DNA of 64,000 nt from Nitrosopumilus sp. (GTDB lineage: Archaea; Thermoproteota; Nitrososphaeria; Nitrososphaerales; Nitrosopumilaceae), in contig OZ245003.1 of assembly GCA_965223425.1 (NCBI GenBank), positions 864,001 through 928,000 on the forward strand. The letters are read 5' to 3'. The notes under the pieces were generated by a model that saw only the letters and a program-made list of their open reading frames with translations, ran no database searches and was not told the origin of the DNA. Both the position numbers and the translations under genes were made by a program. Below, in pieces: positions 40,529-51,484 of this stretch; the stretch's first letter is position 1; each line of letters opens with the position of its first letter.

Positions 40529-42342
40529 GGTTCATCCTGCGGTGACGTATCGAAGGTTTTCCTCTCGTACTCTGATGGCTCAAACTTTACGTCAAGACGG
40601 TACTTTTTGGTCATCATTATGGCATGGCCTGACTCAAATGACTTTATCCTGGCAGTCTCCTGCGGCGATAGCCCAAGTATTTTGGCTGCGCCGTCAGTTG
40701 CCTCCTCTTCCATGTTGAGCAGAATCTTAGTCTCCATGTTGTCAACTATCTTGTTTGCCCCGCCCCTGTCCTTTGCTATGTCATCAACGTTTTGCGATAC
40801 AAACAGAAACTTTACGTTACGCTTTCTTCCCATCCGGACTATCTGCTCGATGTATTTGGCAGCTCCCTCCATCTTGAATAGCATCCATGCCTCATCTAGC
40901 AGTACGATCTTTTGCGCATCCTGCGGCATCTCCTCTATTCTCTTCCAGACCTTGTTTAGTGCCAAAATAAGCAGCATTATCTCGTGTGGCTTGCCGTCTG
41001 CCTTTCTCATTGATATTACCAGCCTGTCAGATATCTTTGGAGTGCCGCGCATCATCTTTGCAAGCGGCCCATCGACTAGATCATCGAGCCACTTTTGCGA
41101 CTCGGGATTGTCCTTGAGCATATCGTACAGCTTGTCAATGCTGTCTACCTTGTCTGAGAACTTGCGAAACTGCTTTACGACATCTTCGGGTGCGCGCGTC
41201 ACGTTTCCCAAAATGTCTGCCGCATCGGCAGGCTCCAGTAACTTGAATGGATCAAAGCCTAGCTCGTCATCTCCTGTTATCTGGATTCGGTCAAGGCTCA
41301 GCGATGATGCAATATCATAGTATTCGCCCATCGGATCAATTACAAAGCACAAACTGTCTGGATATTTTTCTAATAGCCTGCGCAGGATCATCTTTGCGGT
41401 AAATGACTTGCCAGATCCGGACGTTCCAATTATTGCAACGTTATAGTTTGTCCTTTTTTGAAAGTCAAATATTACAGGCGCGCCGCTGTCTGTATTTATT
41501 CCAAGGACCAGTCCGTTTGGAACCTCTAGCATGTCGCCGGACACCATGGAATAAAGACACGACGTGCTTCCAAGGTCAAAGGTGAGTGTCTTGCCCCAGC
41601 CTTCTGATAGCATGGCGCCCTGCTTTCCAGTCTGCGTGCAGAACACTCCGCCGCTAATGCTTGAGACATTTCGAAATTCCCTGACTGCGCTCTTTAGGCT
41701 TTTTTTGTCATGCCCCAGTATGACGCATATTATCTTGCACCGGTACAGCCCAGAGTGCGTCTGCCTCATTGACTCTTCTGCACGCTCTAGTTTCTCGTAC
41801 TCTGCTGCAGATGATCTGGAGCGCCCAGCAGACTCGTAGAGCATCTCCTTTCTTTTTCTGATATAGTTTAGCGAGTCCTTGTGACTTACCGGCGTGATAT
41901 AAATTACAATTTCATAGCATGCAGGAAATATTCCAGTTGCAATCCATGCCCATGGCAGCTCATACGGCAGACTGTGCAGCGTAAAGCATTTTGCCACTGA
42001 CTTTGAGCCGTCTCCGGGATCAACTGTGAGGTCTCTCCAGCTTTCTTGGATTATTTTCATGCCTTTGTGTCCCCCTCCCAAATCAACGGCATACTCGTAG
42101 CGCAGCATCTCAAATATCTGGTTCAGGGGCTCGTTGCTAGACACGTACAGCTGTAAAATGGGCATGCCTGATACCTGCCCGTCTATTGGGACAGACAGTA
42201 TCTTTCTTGCAAGCCTTATGCGAATCGGCTTTTGGATTACGCGCAGCATGTCAAAAAACCCTCCAATCTTTTTTCGCTGCTTTGCCTCAGTTAGGGTGAC
42301 AAAGTTTGTAGGAGTTACAGTATAATGATACGAGAACTTCAC
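40525..42342 (-). CDS. virB4: VirB4-like conjugation ATPase
   Basis: GINTDSGAPVIFD, GTSGSGKS, VIDPMGEY, LLDEAW, GRKRN...SQ. Confidence 0.85.
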   Translation of the reverse strand: MKFSYHYTVTPTNFVTLTEAKQRKKIGGFFDMLRVIQKPIRIRLARKILSVPIDGQVSGMPILQLYVSSNEPLNQIFEMLRYEYAVDLGGGHKGMKIIQESWRDLTVDPGDGSKSVAKCFTLHSLPYELPWAWIATGIFPACYEIVIYITPVSHKDSLNYIRKRKEMLYESAGRSRSSAAEYEKLERAEESMRQTHSGLYRCKIICVILGHDKKSLKSAVREFRNVSSISGGVFCTQTGKQGAMLSEGWGKTLTFDLGSTSCLYSMVSGDMLEVPNGLVLGINTDSGAPVIFDFQKRTNYNVAIIGTSGSGKSFTAKMILRRLLEKYPDSLCFVIDPMGEYYDIASSLSLDRIQITGDDELGFDPFKLLEPADAADILGNVTRAPEDVVKQFRKFSDKVDSIDKLYDMLKDNPESQKWLDDLVDGPLAKMMRGTPKISDRLVISMRKADGKPHEIMLLILALNKVWKRIEEMPQDAQKIVLLDEAWMLFKMEGAAKYIEQIVRMGRKRNVKFLFVSQNVDDIAKDRGGANKIVDNMETKILLNMEEEATDGAAKILGLSPQETARIKSFESGHAIMMTKKYRLDVKFEPSEYERKTFDTSPQDEP

Positions 42343-42388
42343 ACAGGCAAAGCCGGCAGCGCTTAAAAGTCAGATATTTTTTTGATGT

Positions 42389-43891
42389 GTGGAACATTTT
42401 GCTGCAGGCGAGTTTAGCATTGCAAGGCTTCAGGTTGAGGACCCAAAAGAGATAGCAGAGTCATATGACGTCAATGGCGCTGTGGTATACATCACACATG
42501 ACGGCAGGTATCTGGTATCTGAGCCTGCGCTAAGTGATTCAGCTGAGAAAGTGTGGCGGCACCTGATGGATAACCTGTACTATTCGTATTCGGACTCTGA
42601 GAAGACTGATGCAATCCAGTCGATCAAAGAAAGGCTAGAGGAAGAGGCAAAACAGACAGCGGTACTGGACATCTACAACAAGGAGCGCCAAGCAATAGAG
42701 TACTATCTGATACGCGACATTGCAGGGTACTGCCAGATAGACGTTTTAATGAATGATCCGCACATCGAGGATATAATCTGTACGCGGTTTGACAGAGAGG
42801 TTGCGATAATTCACAGGAATCATCTGGAAAAAGAGATGCTAAAAACCAACATAAAATTTCCCACTTCGGAATCCTTTGATGGCCTGCTGCAGATAATATC
42901 GCAAAGACAGGGCCATGCGCCGACCACGTCAAAGCCAATTTTATACTGCTCTACAAAAAGCAACGACAGAATCACAATAACGTGGAGGAATGAGATTTCT
43001 TATCCCGGCTCCACACTTGCAATCCGCAAGTTTCCAAAGGAGCCGTACACAATAACCCACCTGCTAGAATCCGGCGTCCTCAGCCCGTTGATGGCATCAT
43101 ACGTCTGGATAATGAATGACGCAAGATCATTTTCGTTTGTTGTAGGTGAGACAGGATCAGGAAAAACTACGGCAATAAACGCACTTGTCTGCATGTCAAA
43201 TCCCAGATGGCATATCTTGACCATAGAGGAGACAAGGGAGCTGACCATACCCCACTTTTGGAACGAGCATCTGCTTACTAGAACCAGCCCGCATCTGGCA
43301 AAGTCAGACTATGATGTGGATATCATGGGGCTGGGCATGGCCGCACTCCGAAAAAAGCCGCACTATGTCATAGTCGGCGAGGTGAGAGGTCGGGAAGCCC
43401 AGCAGCTGTTTCAGATTGCCCTGACTGGACACGGCTGTGTGTCAAGTGTTCATGCGCCCAGCGCACAGGATTTGCTGACCAGACTTGGCGGTGATGAGAT
43501 TGGAATTACCAAAACCCAACAGATGAGCATCAACTATCTGCTCAACATACAAAAGGTAAAGACGCAAGGCAAGATTGGCAGAAAGGCAACATCGCTAACT
43601 GAGATTGTTCCGGGAGTGGATGGGCCCCAGCTGTATGAGCTGTTCAGATATGATCCAGAAAACGAGTCCTTTGCGCCATGTGACATTGATGATGTGATAA
43701 AAAACAGCAGGCGGCTAGAATATGCAACGCGGTTCTTGGGAATATCTGACGTTAAACAAGACATGCAGAGTCGCATCTCCTTGTTGGAACAATGTGTAAG
43801 GCAAAAGGCGTACAGAATCAGAGAGACGTTTGGGATAATCTCAAAGTATTACAACGTAGCTGATCCCTCAGGGCCCCTGACACCTGATTGA
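42389..43891 (+). CDS. Type II/IV secretion (FlaI/TadA/VirB11-like) ATPase
   Basis: DPHIEDI, IRKF, GETGSGKTT, TIEETREL, VGEVRG, TGH. Confidence 0.92.
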   Translation: MEHFAAGEFSIARLQVEDPKEIAESYDVNGAVVYITHDGRYLVSEPALSDSAEKVWRHLMDNLYYSYSDSEKTDAIQSIKERLEEEAKQTAVLDIYNKERQAIEYYLIRDIAGYCQIDVLMNDPHIEDIICTRFDREVAIIHRNHLEKEMLKTNIKFPTSESFDGLLQIISQRQGHAPTTSKPILYCSTKSNDRITITWRNEISYPGSTLAIRKFPKEPYTITHLLESGVLSPLMASYVWIMNDARSFSFVVGETGSGKTTAINALVCMSNPRWHILTIEETRELTIPHFWNEHLLTRTSPHLAKSDYDVDIMGLGMAALRKKPHYVIVGEVRGREAQQLFQIALTGHGCVSSVHAPSAQDLLTRLGGDEIGITKTQQMSINYLLNIQKVKTQGKIGRKATSLTEIVPGVDGPQLYELFRYDPENESFAPCDIDDVIKNSRRLEYATRFLGISDVKQDMQSRISLLEQCVRQKAYRIRETFGIISKYYNVADPSGPLTPD

Positions 43892-44110
43892 CCAGTTAAG
43901 GCCACTACACTGATACAGATATCTCTGCTTCTCTATTTTTAAACCTTTAACAGCCGATCTATGGATATTTTCCACGGGAAGATAGAACCCGACAGTTAAC
44001 AAGGAGAGATCCCACCCAGACTACGCCCGACACGCAGCAGGGATAAAATTTCTAGCTAACACCCGCTAACGCAACAGAACCGAACCCTGAAAAGTATTAT
44101 AATTATGCAA

Positions 44111-44527
44111 TTATTCTGTGTATTCAAATATCTGTAAATCAATACCTTCCTGTAATTTTTCCTTGATAATTCTCTTCTTACAGTCTATATGAAAAATTTT
44201 ATTGTCAGTGGGAATTAATCCCAATCCTTGATGATCTTCATTTTTGTCCATATAATTAGGCAAAGTATCTAGCAATATCTTGAGCAGATTATCAAGATCT
44301 TTTTTTGCTCGCCCCTCATTCTTATCATCATCATAGAGATTAAAACATACCTTCAAAGATAGTTTTTTCCCTCTGCACTGATTTTTGAGTTTCTCTAAAT
44401 TTTCTATTTTTTCCTCAAGTATTTTTTTTAACTCTGTTTTTCGCTCCATTCTATTGTTACCATCTGTCATCGGCTCAAATCCAGTTATTGATGTTTTCCA
44501 CAAACACCGAGATAAAAAACATCGCAT
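44111..44527 (-). CDS. RusA-like endonuclease
   Basis: KDLDNLLKILLDTL...DNKI motif. Confidence 0.55.
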   Translation of the reverse strand: MRCFLSRCLWKTSITGFEPMTDGNNRMERKTELKKILEEKIENLEKLKNQCRGKKLSLKVCFNLYDDDKNEGRAKKDLDNLLKILLDTLPNYMDKNEDHQGLGLIPTDNKIFHIDCKKRIIKEKLQEGIDLQIFEYTE

Positions 44528-44571
44528 GTCTCAAATGTATGATGTTTCATATATCAAGAATTCCATTTGTC

Positions 44572-44970
44572 TCATTGAGGGATACTCCGTCTCACAAACG
44601 TCTCATTGCTATTTGTCGCAACAATGTGTAGTAACGCAAAAAAATATGCAATTGCAATGCTTGCCCCAACATCAATGTCTAGTACAATGATAGCTGGCAT
44701 CAACATCACGCAAAAAGACTCTATCATAACAACAAACAGCATTGCAAGATTACGTGAAAACTTGCCATACACAAAAGACAGCACAAGGCTGCGCTCATAT
44801 CTTGGTATGTAGGATTCATTTGCAAAGGTAATCTGCAGGTCTAGCATCATGGATGCTGTCCACATGCCAAAGATTAGAGCAGATGTGATATAATCAACAT
44901 CAGGTCTTAGAAAAAAATACAAAAATAAGATTCCCGCCGACGCTACAACCAGAACTCTCTGGTGTGTCAT
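44572..44970 (-). CDS. Small multi-TM membrane protein
   Basis: Four hydrophobic segments; overlaps the upstream gene by 4 nt. Confidence 0.6.
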   Translation of the reverse strand: MTHQRVLVVASAGILFLYFFLRPDVDYITSALIFGMWTASMMLDLQITFANESYIPRYERSLVLSFVYGKFSRNLAMLFVVMIESFCVMLMPAIIVLDIDVGASIAIAYFFALLHIVATNSNETFVRRSIPQ

Positions 44971-45293
44971 GGCAGGGAACTTTTGGGATTATCCTCTGGG
45001 GCAAACCTGTACTGCATTCCCTTTATGCCAAAGGCCACGATGATAATTATCGCGCCTCCTATTCTGATCGCATTGAGGGCAACACCAATCAGACTTGTAA
45101 TGTCCTTTGAGAACAGGGCGTTTTCCTGGCAGTTCTCATCATCATCTACTGTACAAAAGCTGTTAATGTCAACTCCCATTAGCGGTGCCACAATGGTTGG
45201 CGCACCTATTATGAAGACAATAGCGATGAATGCCTTTTTGCCAAACTTTACAAGGTCGCCCTTGCTTTTTCCTTCGTCATCATCACCAAACAT
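44967..45293 (-). CDS. VirB2-like two-TM pilin candidate
   Basis: Two hydrophobic helices; adjacent to the PrgI-like gene. Confidence 0.45.
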   Translation of the reverse strand: MFGDDDEGKSKGDLVKFGKKAFIAIVFIIGAPTIVAPLMGVDINSFCTVDDDENCQENALFSKDITSLIGVALNAIRIGGAIIIIVAFGIKGMQYRFAPEDNPKSSLP

Positions 45294-45332
45294 ACACTGA
45301 AGACATCGGTTTGAATTTAAAGGCAAAAAAAT

Positions 45333-46064
45333 TTATCGGCATCTCTTTACATCAAGTGTTGCATCAACTACTGACCCGCTTATCCCGTCTGCTACCACCT
45401 TGAGACGCTTTGCGCCCTCACTTTTTGGAACAAACGTCATTCCAATGACGCCATCTGAGTCAGTAGTAATTGAGCTGAGCAGCTCATCATCAATGTATGC
45501 ACGTACAAGCTTGTGTCGCATGGGACTCCCTTTCAGATCATACAGGGTTATTGTAAGGTTTTTTGGAATCCCAAGATCAGTTACTGCCACATCATAGTTT
45601 CTAGTCTGTGATGGTACTGGTGTGATGTCGTCTTTGTGCGCAAAGCCTGCATACGAGCTTTTCGTCTCTGATTTCCTTTTGGCTTTTTTCTGTGTTGAGG
45701 ATCTTACAGAGGTGCGATGCATTGCAAACCGCACAAGAATTACAATTAATTTGTCCATTGGGACAAGCTTGGGTCGCGGCATGCCAAGTGCCAATCCCAA
45801 AGGAATCGGGGCCAACGCAAGCAGCACGTCCCATGTTATCTTTATCTGGCCATTTACCGCTGTAAATGAAAATGCTGGATCTGGAAACGCCCCACGAACT
45901 GCCTCAGAACCTGCAGAGTATATCATCATTGGAAGTATCACTGCCAGCCCGACTATGATTCCAATCTGCCTGAATGATGCCTTGCCAATAATTGGAAGCG
46001 CAATTACTGGCTCGTTTATGGTATCTGTGTTTTCAAAGACTGTAAGGACAGTATAGTTGCTCAA
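45333..46064 (-). CDS. PrgI/VirB3-like membrane protein with C-terminal Ig-like domain
   Basis: ASFRQIGII, two TM segments, RPKLVPMDK; Ig-like TTDSDG. Confidence 0.55.
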   Translation of the reverse strand: MSNYTVLTVFENTDTINEPVIALPIIGKASFRQIGIIVGLAVILPMMIYSAGSEAVRGAFPDPAFSFTAVNGQIKITWDVLLALAPIPLGLALGMPRPKLVPMDKLIVILVRFAMHRTSVRSSTQKKAKRKSETKSSYAGFAHKDDITPVPSQTRNYDVAVTDLGIPKNLTITLYDLKGSPMRHKLVRAYIDDELLSSITTDSDGVIGMTFVPKSEGAKRLKVVADGISGSVVDATLDVKRCR

Positions 46065-46097
46065 GCAGAAATAAAAAGAAAAAGAGGATAAAAGGCA

Positions 46098-46568
46098 CTA
46101 TCTGACTCGAACCGTAGCAGGCTCTATCAGCTGGCTTCCATCAGCAGTAGTTGCCCGCACCACGATTGCAATCTCCTGGCCTGCAGTAAATGATGTTGCA
46201 GTACCGTTTGCATTGACTATTTTCTCGTATGCCGAACCTGTCGTGCCCGGGGTTAGTGGAGATGGAACCAGCGATACCGTAAATGGCTGCACCCCTGTAG
46301 TTGCCAAATCCGTATCTACCATGACCTGTGCCTCAAGTGCAGTAATGTCACCGTTTCCGGTGTTTTTTATATTCACTGAGACAAATGCCTCACTTCCCAC
46401 CTGTTGCACAAAGATCTTTTGCAAAGATACAGAGCCTGCTATTGTCTGCACGTCAAATATGTCGCTTGCAAAGCTAAACAATACTCCTGCAAAGATGATT
46501 ACAATTCCCACAATCATTGCAACCTGCATCAGACCGCTTATTCCGCGTCTTTTCTTGGTGATGTTCAT
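46098..46568 (-). CDS. Archaeal type IV pilin
   Basis: KKRRG|ISGLMQVAMIV class III signal; VNIKNTG. Confidence 0.8.
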   Translation of the reverse strand: MNITKKRRGISGLMQVAMIVGIVIIFAGVLFSFASDIFDVQTIAGSVSLQKIFVQQVGSEAFVSVNIKNTGNGDITALEAQVMVDTDLATTGVQPFTVSLVPSPLTPGTTGSAYEKIVNANGTATSFTAGQEIAIVVRATTADGSQLIEPATVRVR

Positions 46569-46572
46569 GGTA

Positions 46573-46905
46573 TCAAAGAATGGATTGTATAAAAGATGGC
46601 AAAATTAGATGAAAGATCGTATCTTCCTCTTTGTCAGAAGGTTCAGTCCCTGCCGTAGACTGACTTGTGATCACATACCCGTAAAAATTCAACAACCCAC
46701 TCTCCGTATATGATGGAATAGATAATACGATATTTTCTGCCAAGTTCGTAGGAAAAGATTTTCTTGTTTGATTTGTATGTTCGAAGATCAGCTGGATTTG
46801 TTGCAGATGCAATGCCTGCAACTGCCTATCTGTCATGTCTTGCATATCTGAATTCAAGTTCTTGTACTGTTTGAGGAATTTGTTATCCGTCTGGGAATCC
46901 CACAT
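46573..46905 (-). pseudogene. Degenerate RelE-like toxin
   Basis: MWDSQTDNKFLKQYKNL start; the remainder appears frameshifted. Confidence 0.45.
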
Positions 46906-46908
46906 CTT

Positions 46909-47061
46909 TTAATCACTGTTACGTGCTTTGTGAAGTTCTTTGAGAAATTCTTCTGGCGTTCCTTGCACATGTTCTTCTGGGTGTGCATAATACTCGTTAA
47001 TATCGGCCATCTCTTCATCTGAAAGGGGTGGTGAATCTATCTGTCGTCGTGTATCTGACAT
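46909..47061 (-). CDS. Putative antitoxin (50 aa)
   Basis: PLSDEEMADI...GTPEEFLKELH, upstream of the toxin remnant. Confidence 0.45.
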   Translation of the reverse strand: MSDTRRQIDSPPLSDEEMADINEYYAHPEEHVQGTPEEFLKELHKARNSD

Positions 47062-47097
47062 GTACTGTCATACAATTACTGATTTAAAAATTATCAG

Positions 47098-49026
47098 ATG
47101 TGGAACTGTACAACAGGTGTTAATTTCTACCTGTTTTATCTGATGTGTCATTTTACTGTATTGTCCGGATACAGGGAATGGTTTGTAATGCCGCTGGTAC
47201 TGCTAGTTACAGCATCATTTCTTTTGCACAGACCGCACTTCTTTGTGATGTTTTCTGCATTGCTTGCAGCAGTGCTGCTGTACAATAAATTCACAAAGCT
47301 TGCAGGAAAACTCAGGCAGGCAAGACCCGAAATTCCTGCAATGTCCAAAATTATAGTCACTGATCTGCAGGCAGATTCGCTGGTATCATTTTTCAAGCCG
47401 ATACTGCAGATTGCCATACTTCAAAGGATTCAGGACGGTATCGAGGAGAGGATAAAGTCCGACATTCTAAAGTCCGGCTCTGTCCAAAACCCGCGCCTCT
47501 TGGGGATAAAGAGCGTGCTGTACCCGATGATTGCAGCAATCGTAGCTGTCCCTGCAGGAGTTGTCATTTTCTTCTTGTACCATGAGGCATTCATCACGGT
47601 TTTGCTTGTGCCTGTTTTCTTGTTTGGGTTTTATTTTGCCACGCTCAAGATACGAACAGCCGATAGAAAAAACTCGATAGAAGACGAGTTTGCATCATTT
47701 GCAGCAGTCGCAAGCATAATGGAGTCAGTACACGTATCATTGTTCTCCACATTTGAAGCCGTTGCCGATTCTGCATCTGGAATATTTCCTGTAATGAAAA
47801 AAGAAGGACAGAGAATCAAAAACATAACTGCACTGGGAAAGAGTCCGACTGATGCGCTGATGGATCTGGCAGACACCCATCCAAATGAATCATTTCGCGA
47901 CTTTGTCCAAGGGTACATATCATCGTGGAACACTGGAGGGGCTGACACTGCAGCATATCTGCAAGAGCAGTCACACAGGTTTTTTAAATTCATGCAAAGC
48001 AAAATGACTCGATATACCAAACAGGCAGATTCGATTGCACAGATAATTCTGACTGTAATGCTGCTCTTGCCCATGATGGGGTTGTCCATGATGTTTTTTG
48101 CAACAGGGCAGATGGCAGCCACCATGATACTTCTTTTGATAGTGGTACTGCCATTTGTTACGGTAATTCTGATAAGCTTTGTGCAGATAAAGCAGCCAAA
48201 AAATATAGAGTGCATCAGAGTCTCACCTGTAATATTTCTGGCAGGAGGGGCAAGCGCGATTCTGGTGTATCTGCTTAGAGGATCAGTTTGGGAGGCAATA
48301 GGTGCAGGAGTAGTGGCTGGCTCTTTTCTCAACATGGTTTTGCTGCAAAAAAAATTCACAGAGATTGCAGATACAGAGTCGCCGCTTCCTGAATTTATGA
48401 GACAGATAACCCGATTCAAAAACATTGGCGCAGATATCATGCACGGAATACAAAATATAAGATACGAGGCATCCCAAAAAAACCGCTCAAAGTTCAACGA
48501 TACCTTTGATGGAATAATAGAGTCACTGTATCGAAAAATGATGTCAGGCAGTACGCTAAGCGAGGCAGTCGCAAGAACTGGAATAAGGTCACACAATGCA
48601 AGAATCGTATTTTTCATACTGGGTAAGATACACGAGTCAGGCGGAGGAACTGCAAAGACGCTTGATGATGTGACTCGGTGGGTCACAGAGTATGCAGATG
48701 CCAAAAAAGAGATGATTGTAAACCTCCGTGCATCATTATTTACCGCGTTTATCGGGCCTGTGCTGATGGTAATGATGAGCGTAGTGTCAAACCAGCTTGC
48801 AGCTGAGTTTGACAGCTCAAATCTTGCAGGTATCGGGATTGGGCTTGATGCGACAGCTGATGTTTCAGGACTGTCTGAGGTTCTCACCATTACCGCTGTT
48901 GTGTGCATGGGAGTGGTGCTGTCTAAGATAAACTATTTTACCGTACAGCACACCACATTTACCGGAATAATTACGGCAGTAACAATGGCGCTGTTATACG
49001 CAATACCGTATTTTCCAGAGTTTTGA
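47098..49026 (+). CDS. TadC/FlaJ-like pilus platform protein (start probably later, e.g. 47341)
   Basis: Two T2SSF-like repeats with TM clusters; ESGGG. Confidence 0.8.
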   Translation: MWNCTTGVNFYLFYLMCHFTVLSGYREWFVMPLVLLVTASFLLHRPHFFVMFSALLAAVLLYNKFTKLAGKLRQARPEIPAMSKIIVTDLQADSLVSFFKPILQIAILQRIQDGIEERIKSDILKSGSVQNPRLLGIKSVLYPMIAAIVAVPAGVVIFFLYHEAFITVLLVPVFLFGFYFATLKIRTADRKNSIEDEFASFAAVASIMESVHVSLFSTFEAVADSASGIFPVMKKEGQRIKNITALGKSPTDALMDLADTHPNESFRDFVQGYISSWNTGGADTAAYLQEQSHRFFKFMQSKMTRYTKQADSIAQIILTVMLLLPMMGLSMMFFATGQMAATMILLLIVVLPFVTVILISFVQIKQPKNIECIRVSPVIFLAGGASAILVYLLRGSVWEAIGAGVVAGSFLNMVLLQKKFTEIADTESPLPEFMRQITRFKNIGADIMHGIQNIRYEASQKNRSKFNDTFDGIIESLYRKMMSGSTLSEAVARTGIRSHNARIVFFILGKIHESGGGTAKTLDDVTRWVTEYADAKKEMIVNLRASLFTAFIGPVLMVMMSVVSNQLAAEFDSSNLAGIGIGLDATADVSGLSEVLTITAVVCMGVVLSKINYFTVQHTTFTGIITAVTMALLYAIPYFPEF

Positions 49027-49042
49027 CTGTAATGGATAATTT

Positions 49043-51385
49043 TTATTCGTGATTCTTTGCACGCCGGTAAACCCAATATGTCAGAACAAGCAACAGCGCA
49101 AATAGCGCAATTGGGATCAGATTGGAGGACGCAGATGGCCTCTCCTCTGGAACAAATTCCGGCGCCACACCGTGTGCCAGTCCTCCCCATGCGTTCTCTG
49201 CAGTTATTGAGATTTTCTCATTGTCTTTTGTGCTTATCGTACATTTTGTATTGCATGCTGCATTTATTGCAGTATCGTCTGCATACAGCTTTGCAATTTC
49301 CCCAAAGCCGGGATGTGCAGTGATTGTAACAGAGCCTGGATTTCTTGTCACGTCAAGCGTGTTGTCTTTGGCAAGATTTATGAGAATTTGACTGTCTGTG
49401 CTAAAATCCACATAGCCATGGTGGAATTTTTTTGTCATGTTTGCTGCCGTGACTTGTATTGTCACAGGTGAGAGTGCGCCATACCCCACATCTAACGGAA
49501 CATCCAAGCGTGCATTCTGTGAATTCTCAAAGTATAGTGATGATAAACTGACAATATCAAGATTTGCTAGACTCTGATTCCCGTTTGTCTGATACACTTC
49601 AAAATTTGATGCTGTTCTTCGCAGCTTTACATCCAGGCTGCCTGTTCCTGATTCAGAATATTTTACAGGATACACGTCTTGTGATATTATCTTTGCAAGT
49701 CCTGGGTCATCTGAGTCATGGCCCACCTTTTCACGTGTATATTCCTGTATTGACTGCATCTGGCTGTATGGCATGACATCAACTGTAATTGCAACGGGAT
49801 TGACCGTGCCGTTATTCCCCACTGACCTTACATGCAGATTTGAATTAAAAAACGACTCTGCAAACCTGTATTCGTAATGTGAAAGATATGTCAGAACCTG
49901 TCCCGCAAAGTTGCGCGATACAAGCGTGTTAAACAGCGTGGCATTCTCGTATCTTGGTCCCGTAGAACCGTGCACCGTATCCAGTATCGGATACTCAAAA
50001 TACACCTTGCAGTATCCTGCCTTTACCAGCATTGCAGTCTCCTCAAATGTCTCACACGGGGTTACGCTGGGATTCTGCGTCTTTGCGACATCTGCAAATT
50101 TGCTTACTGCATCGTGCTCTTTGAGTATTCCAACGTCTCTGGCCTCAGACCATGCCAGCGTTTCATTGAACAGTACAAGATTCCACGGGTCAAAGCCTGC
50201 CCCGGCGTACAGAAAATCATTTATCTTGCTTCGCCTGTCCTCGTGAATTCCCGCATCATCATCTGGCCCGCCACCATGCGAGCCAAAGTAGTGCAAGGCA
50301 ACGGCGGCCCTGTCCTCGTATGATGTGCGGTGATCATCAGACAGTAACGGGTATGGATACTGGGAATATTCTGGTTTGTACCGTACCGCCAGTGCATCTG
50401 TCTTATCTGAGTCCGAATCAAGCAGTATTCCTGCATTAAACACATCTGTATCATATGAAAAAAAATTTCTGCCAAGATCCGAGGTGCCAGTAGCATTATA
50501 CATTGTGATGCCGTCCCCGTTGCCAAGACTCCACGGGCTTGGCGTGACCCCTGTATGCTTGAGAACCTTGTTGCAGGAATTAAGGCCGCATTCAATATGT
50601 GTCTCTATTTTGAGGTCCGGCGTTTTTACGGTCTCAAAGTGGATTGTGTTCTCCCTGTGGTTCTTCCACAAGAGCTCAGGCACATGCCGTACCACTATAG
50701 GATCCCAGAGATAGTATGTGCCATCTAGATTTCGTGCATCGTATCTGTCTTTGTCTTGTACCTGTTCTATGCTCAAAGTTACATCCAGATTTGGAATCAA
50801 GACATCAGGCGATATTGTGGCAGTTCTCACCACTGGAATTATACTACATTTGCTTCCTCCGTCCCCGCTTGAGCGGCACACCTTTTTCTTTCCAGTTATG
50901 GTCAGTTCCAGCTTGGCAGACTTGTTTATGCACGGGTCTGAATTATCAGTACAGTTCTTTGCAATATTGCCACTAACTGAGGCCATTCCAGAGATGCATC
51001 CAGAGTATCTTTTTACACTATTACATCTTGACTCTACCGTACTTTTGAATTTATTTTTGGATTCTGAATCCATGTATTTTTGATCAGGAATATTCATTCC
51101 AGTGTATGTGATGTCTAGTCCGTTGTATGATTTGAGCGGGTGTACTGTAAGACTGATGCAGGTCGGACTGGCAGAATATTTGAATATATAGAAAAAAGCA
51201 TCGCCAGAATAGTATGTTCCATCAGGATTATTCCTTGGTTGATTCTGATACATTACAGGATATGTCTGTCCCTGTATGCTGATGTTGCATGGTCTTGATT
51301 TTGTGTGAGATGCTGATGCATCATCAATTCCATACATGACAAATATGCTGACAGTTATTGCAAGCAGAAATAATGTCTTCAACAA
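49043..51385 (-). CDS. Large surface protein, signal peptide and C-terminal TM
   Basis: 780 aa, Cys-rich N-terminal half, TM plus basic tail. Confidence 0.7.
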   Translation of the reverse strand: MLKTLFLLAITVSIFVMYGIDDASASHTKSRPCNISIQGQTYPVMYQNQPRNNPDGTYYSGDAFFYIFKYSASPTCISLTVHPLKSYNGLDITYTGMNIPDQKYMDSESKNKFKSTVESRCNSVKRYSGCISGMASVSGNIAKNCTDNSDPCINKSAKLELTITGKKKVCRSSGDGGSKCSIIPVVRTATISPDVLIPNLDVTLSIEQVQDKDRYDARNLDGTYYLWDPIVVRHVPELLWKNHRENTIHFETVKTPDLKIETHIECGLNSCNKVLKHTGVTPSPWSLGNGDGITMYNATGTSDLGRNFFSYDTDVFNAGILLDSDSDKTDALAVRYKPEYSQYPYPLLSDDHRTSYEDRAAVALHYFGSHGGGPDDDAGIHEDRRSKINDFLYAGAGFDPWNLVLFNETLAWSEARDVGILKEHDAVSKFADVAKTQNPSVTPCETFEETAMLVKAGYCKVYFEYPILDTVHGSTGPRYENATLFNTLVSRNFAGQVLTYLSHYEYRFAESFFNSNLHVRSVGNNGTVNPVAITVDVMPYSQMQSIQEYTREKVGHDSDDPGLAKIISQDVYPVKYSESGTGSLDVKLRRTASNFEVYQTNGNQSLANLDIVSLSSLYFENSQNARLDVPLDVGYGALSPVTIQVTAANMTKKFHHGYVDFSTDSQILINLAKDNTLDVTRNPGSVTITAHPGFGEIAKLYADDTAINAACNTKCTISTKDNEKISITAENAWGGLAHGVAPEFVPEERPSASSNLIPIALFALLLVLTYWVYRRAKNHE

Positions 51386-51484
51386 ACATCATGTGTCGTA
51401 TGTTAAAAAGGATTCAATAGAGGGTTCTGTAACAAATTGGGGACATGAATACGGATCTTCTCTGAAATGAATTTTATCCATAGT

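Noticed and set aside
40505-41320. 271-aa plus-strand ORF
   Set aside because: Ser-rich antisense shadow of virB4
47631-48908. 425-aa minus-strand ORF
   Set aside because: Antisense shadow of the TadC-like gene with no motifs
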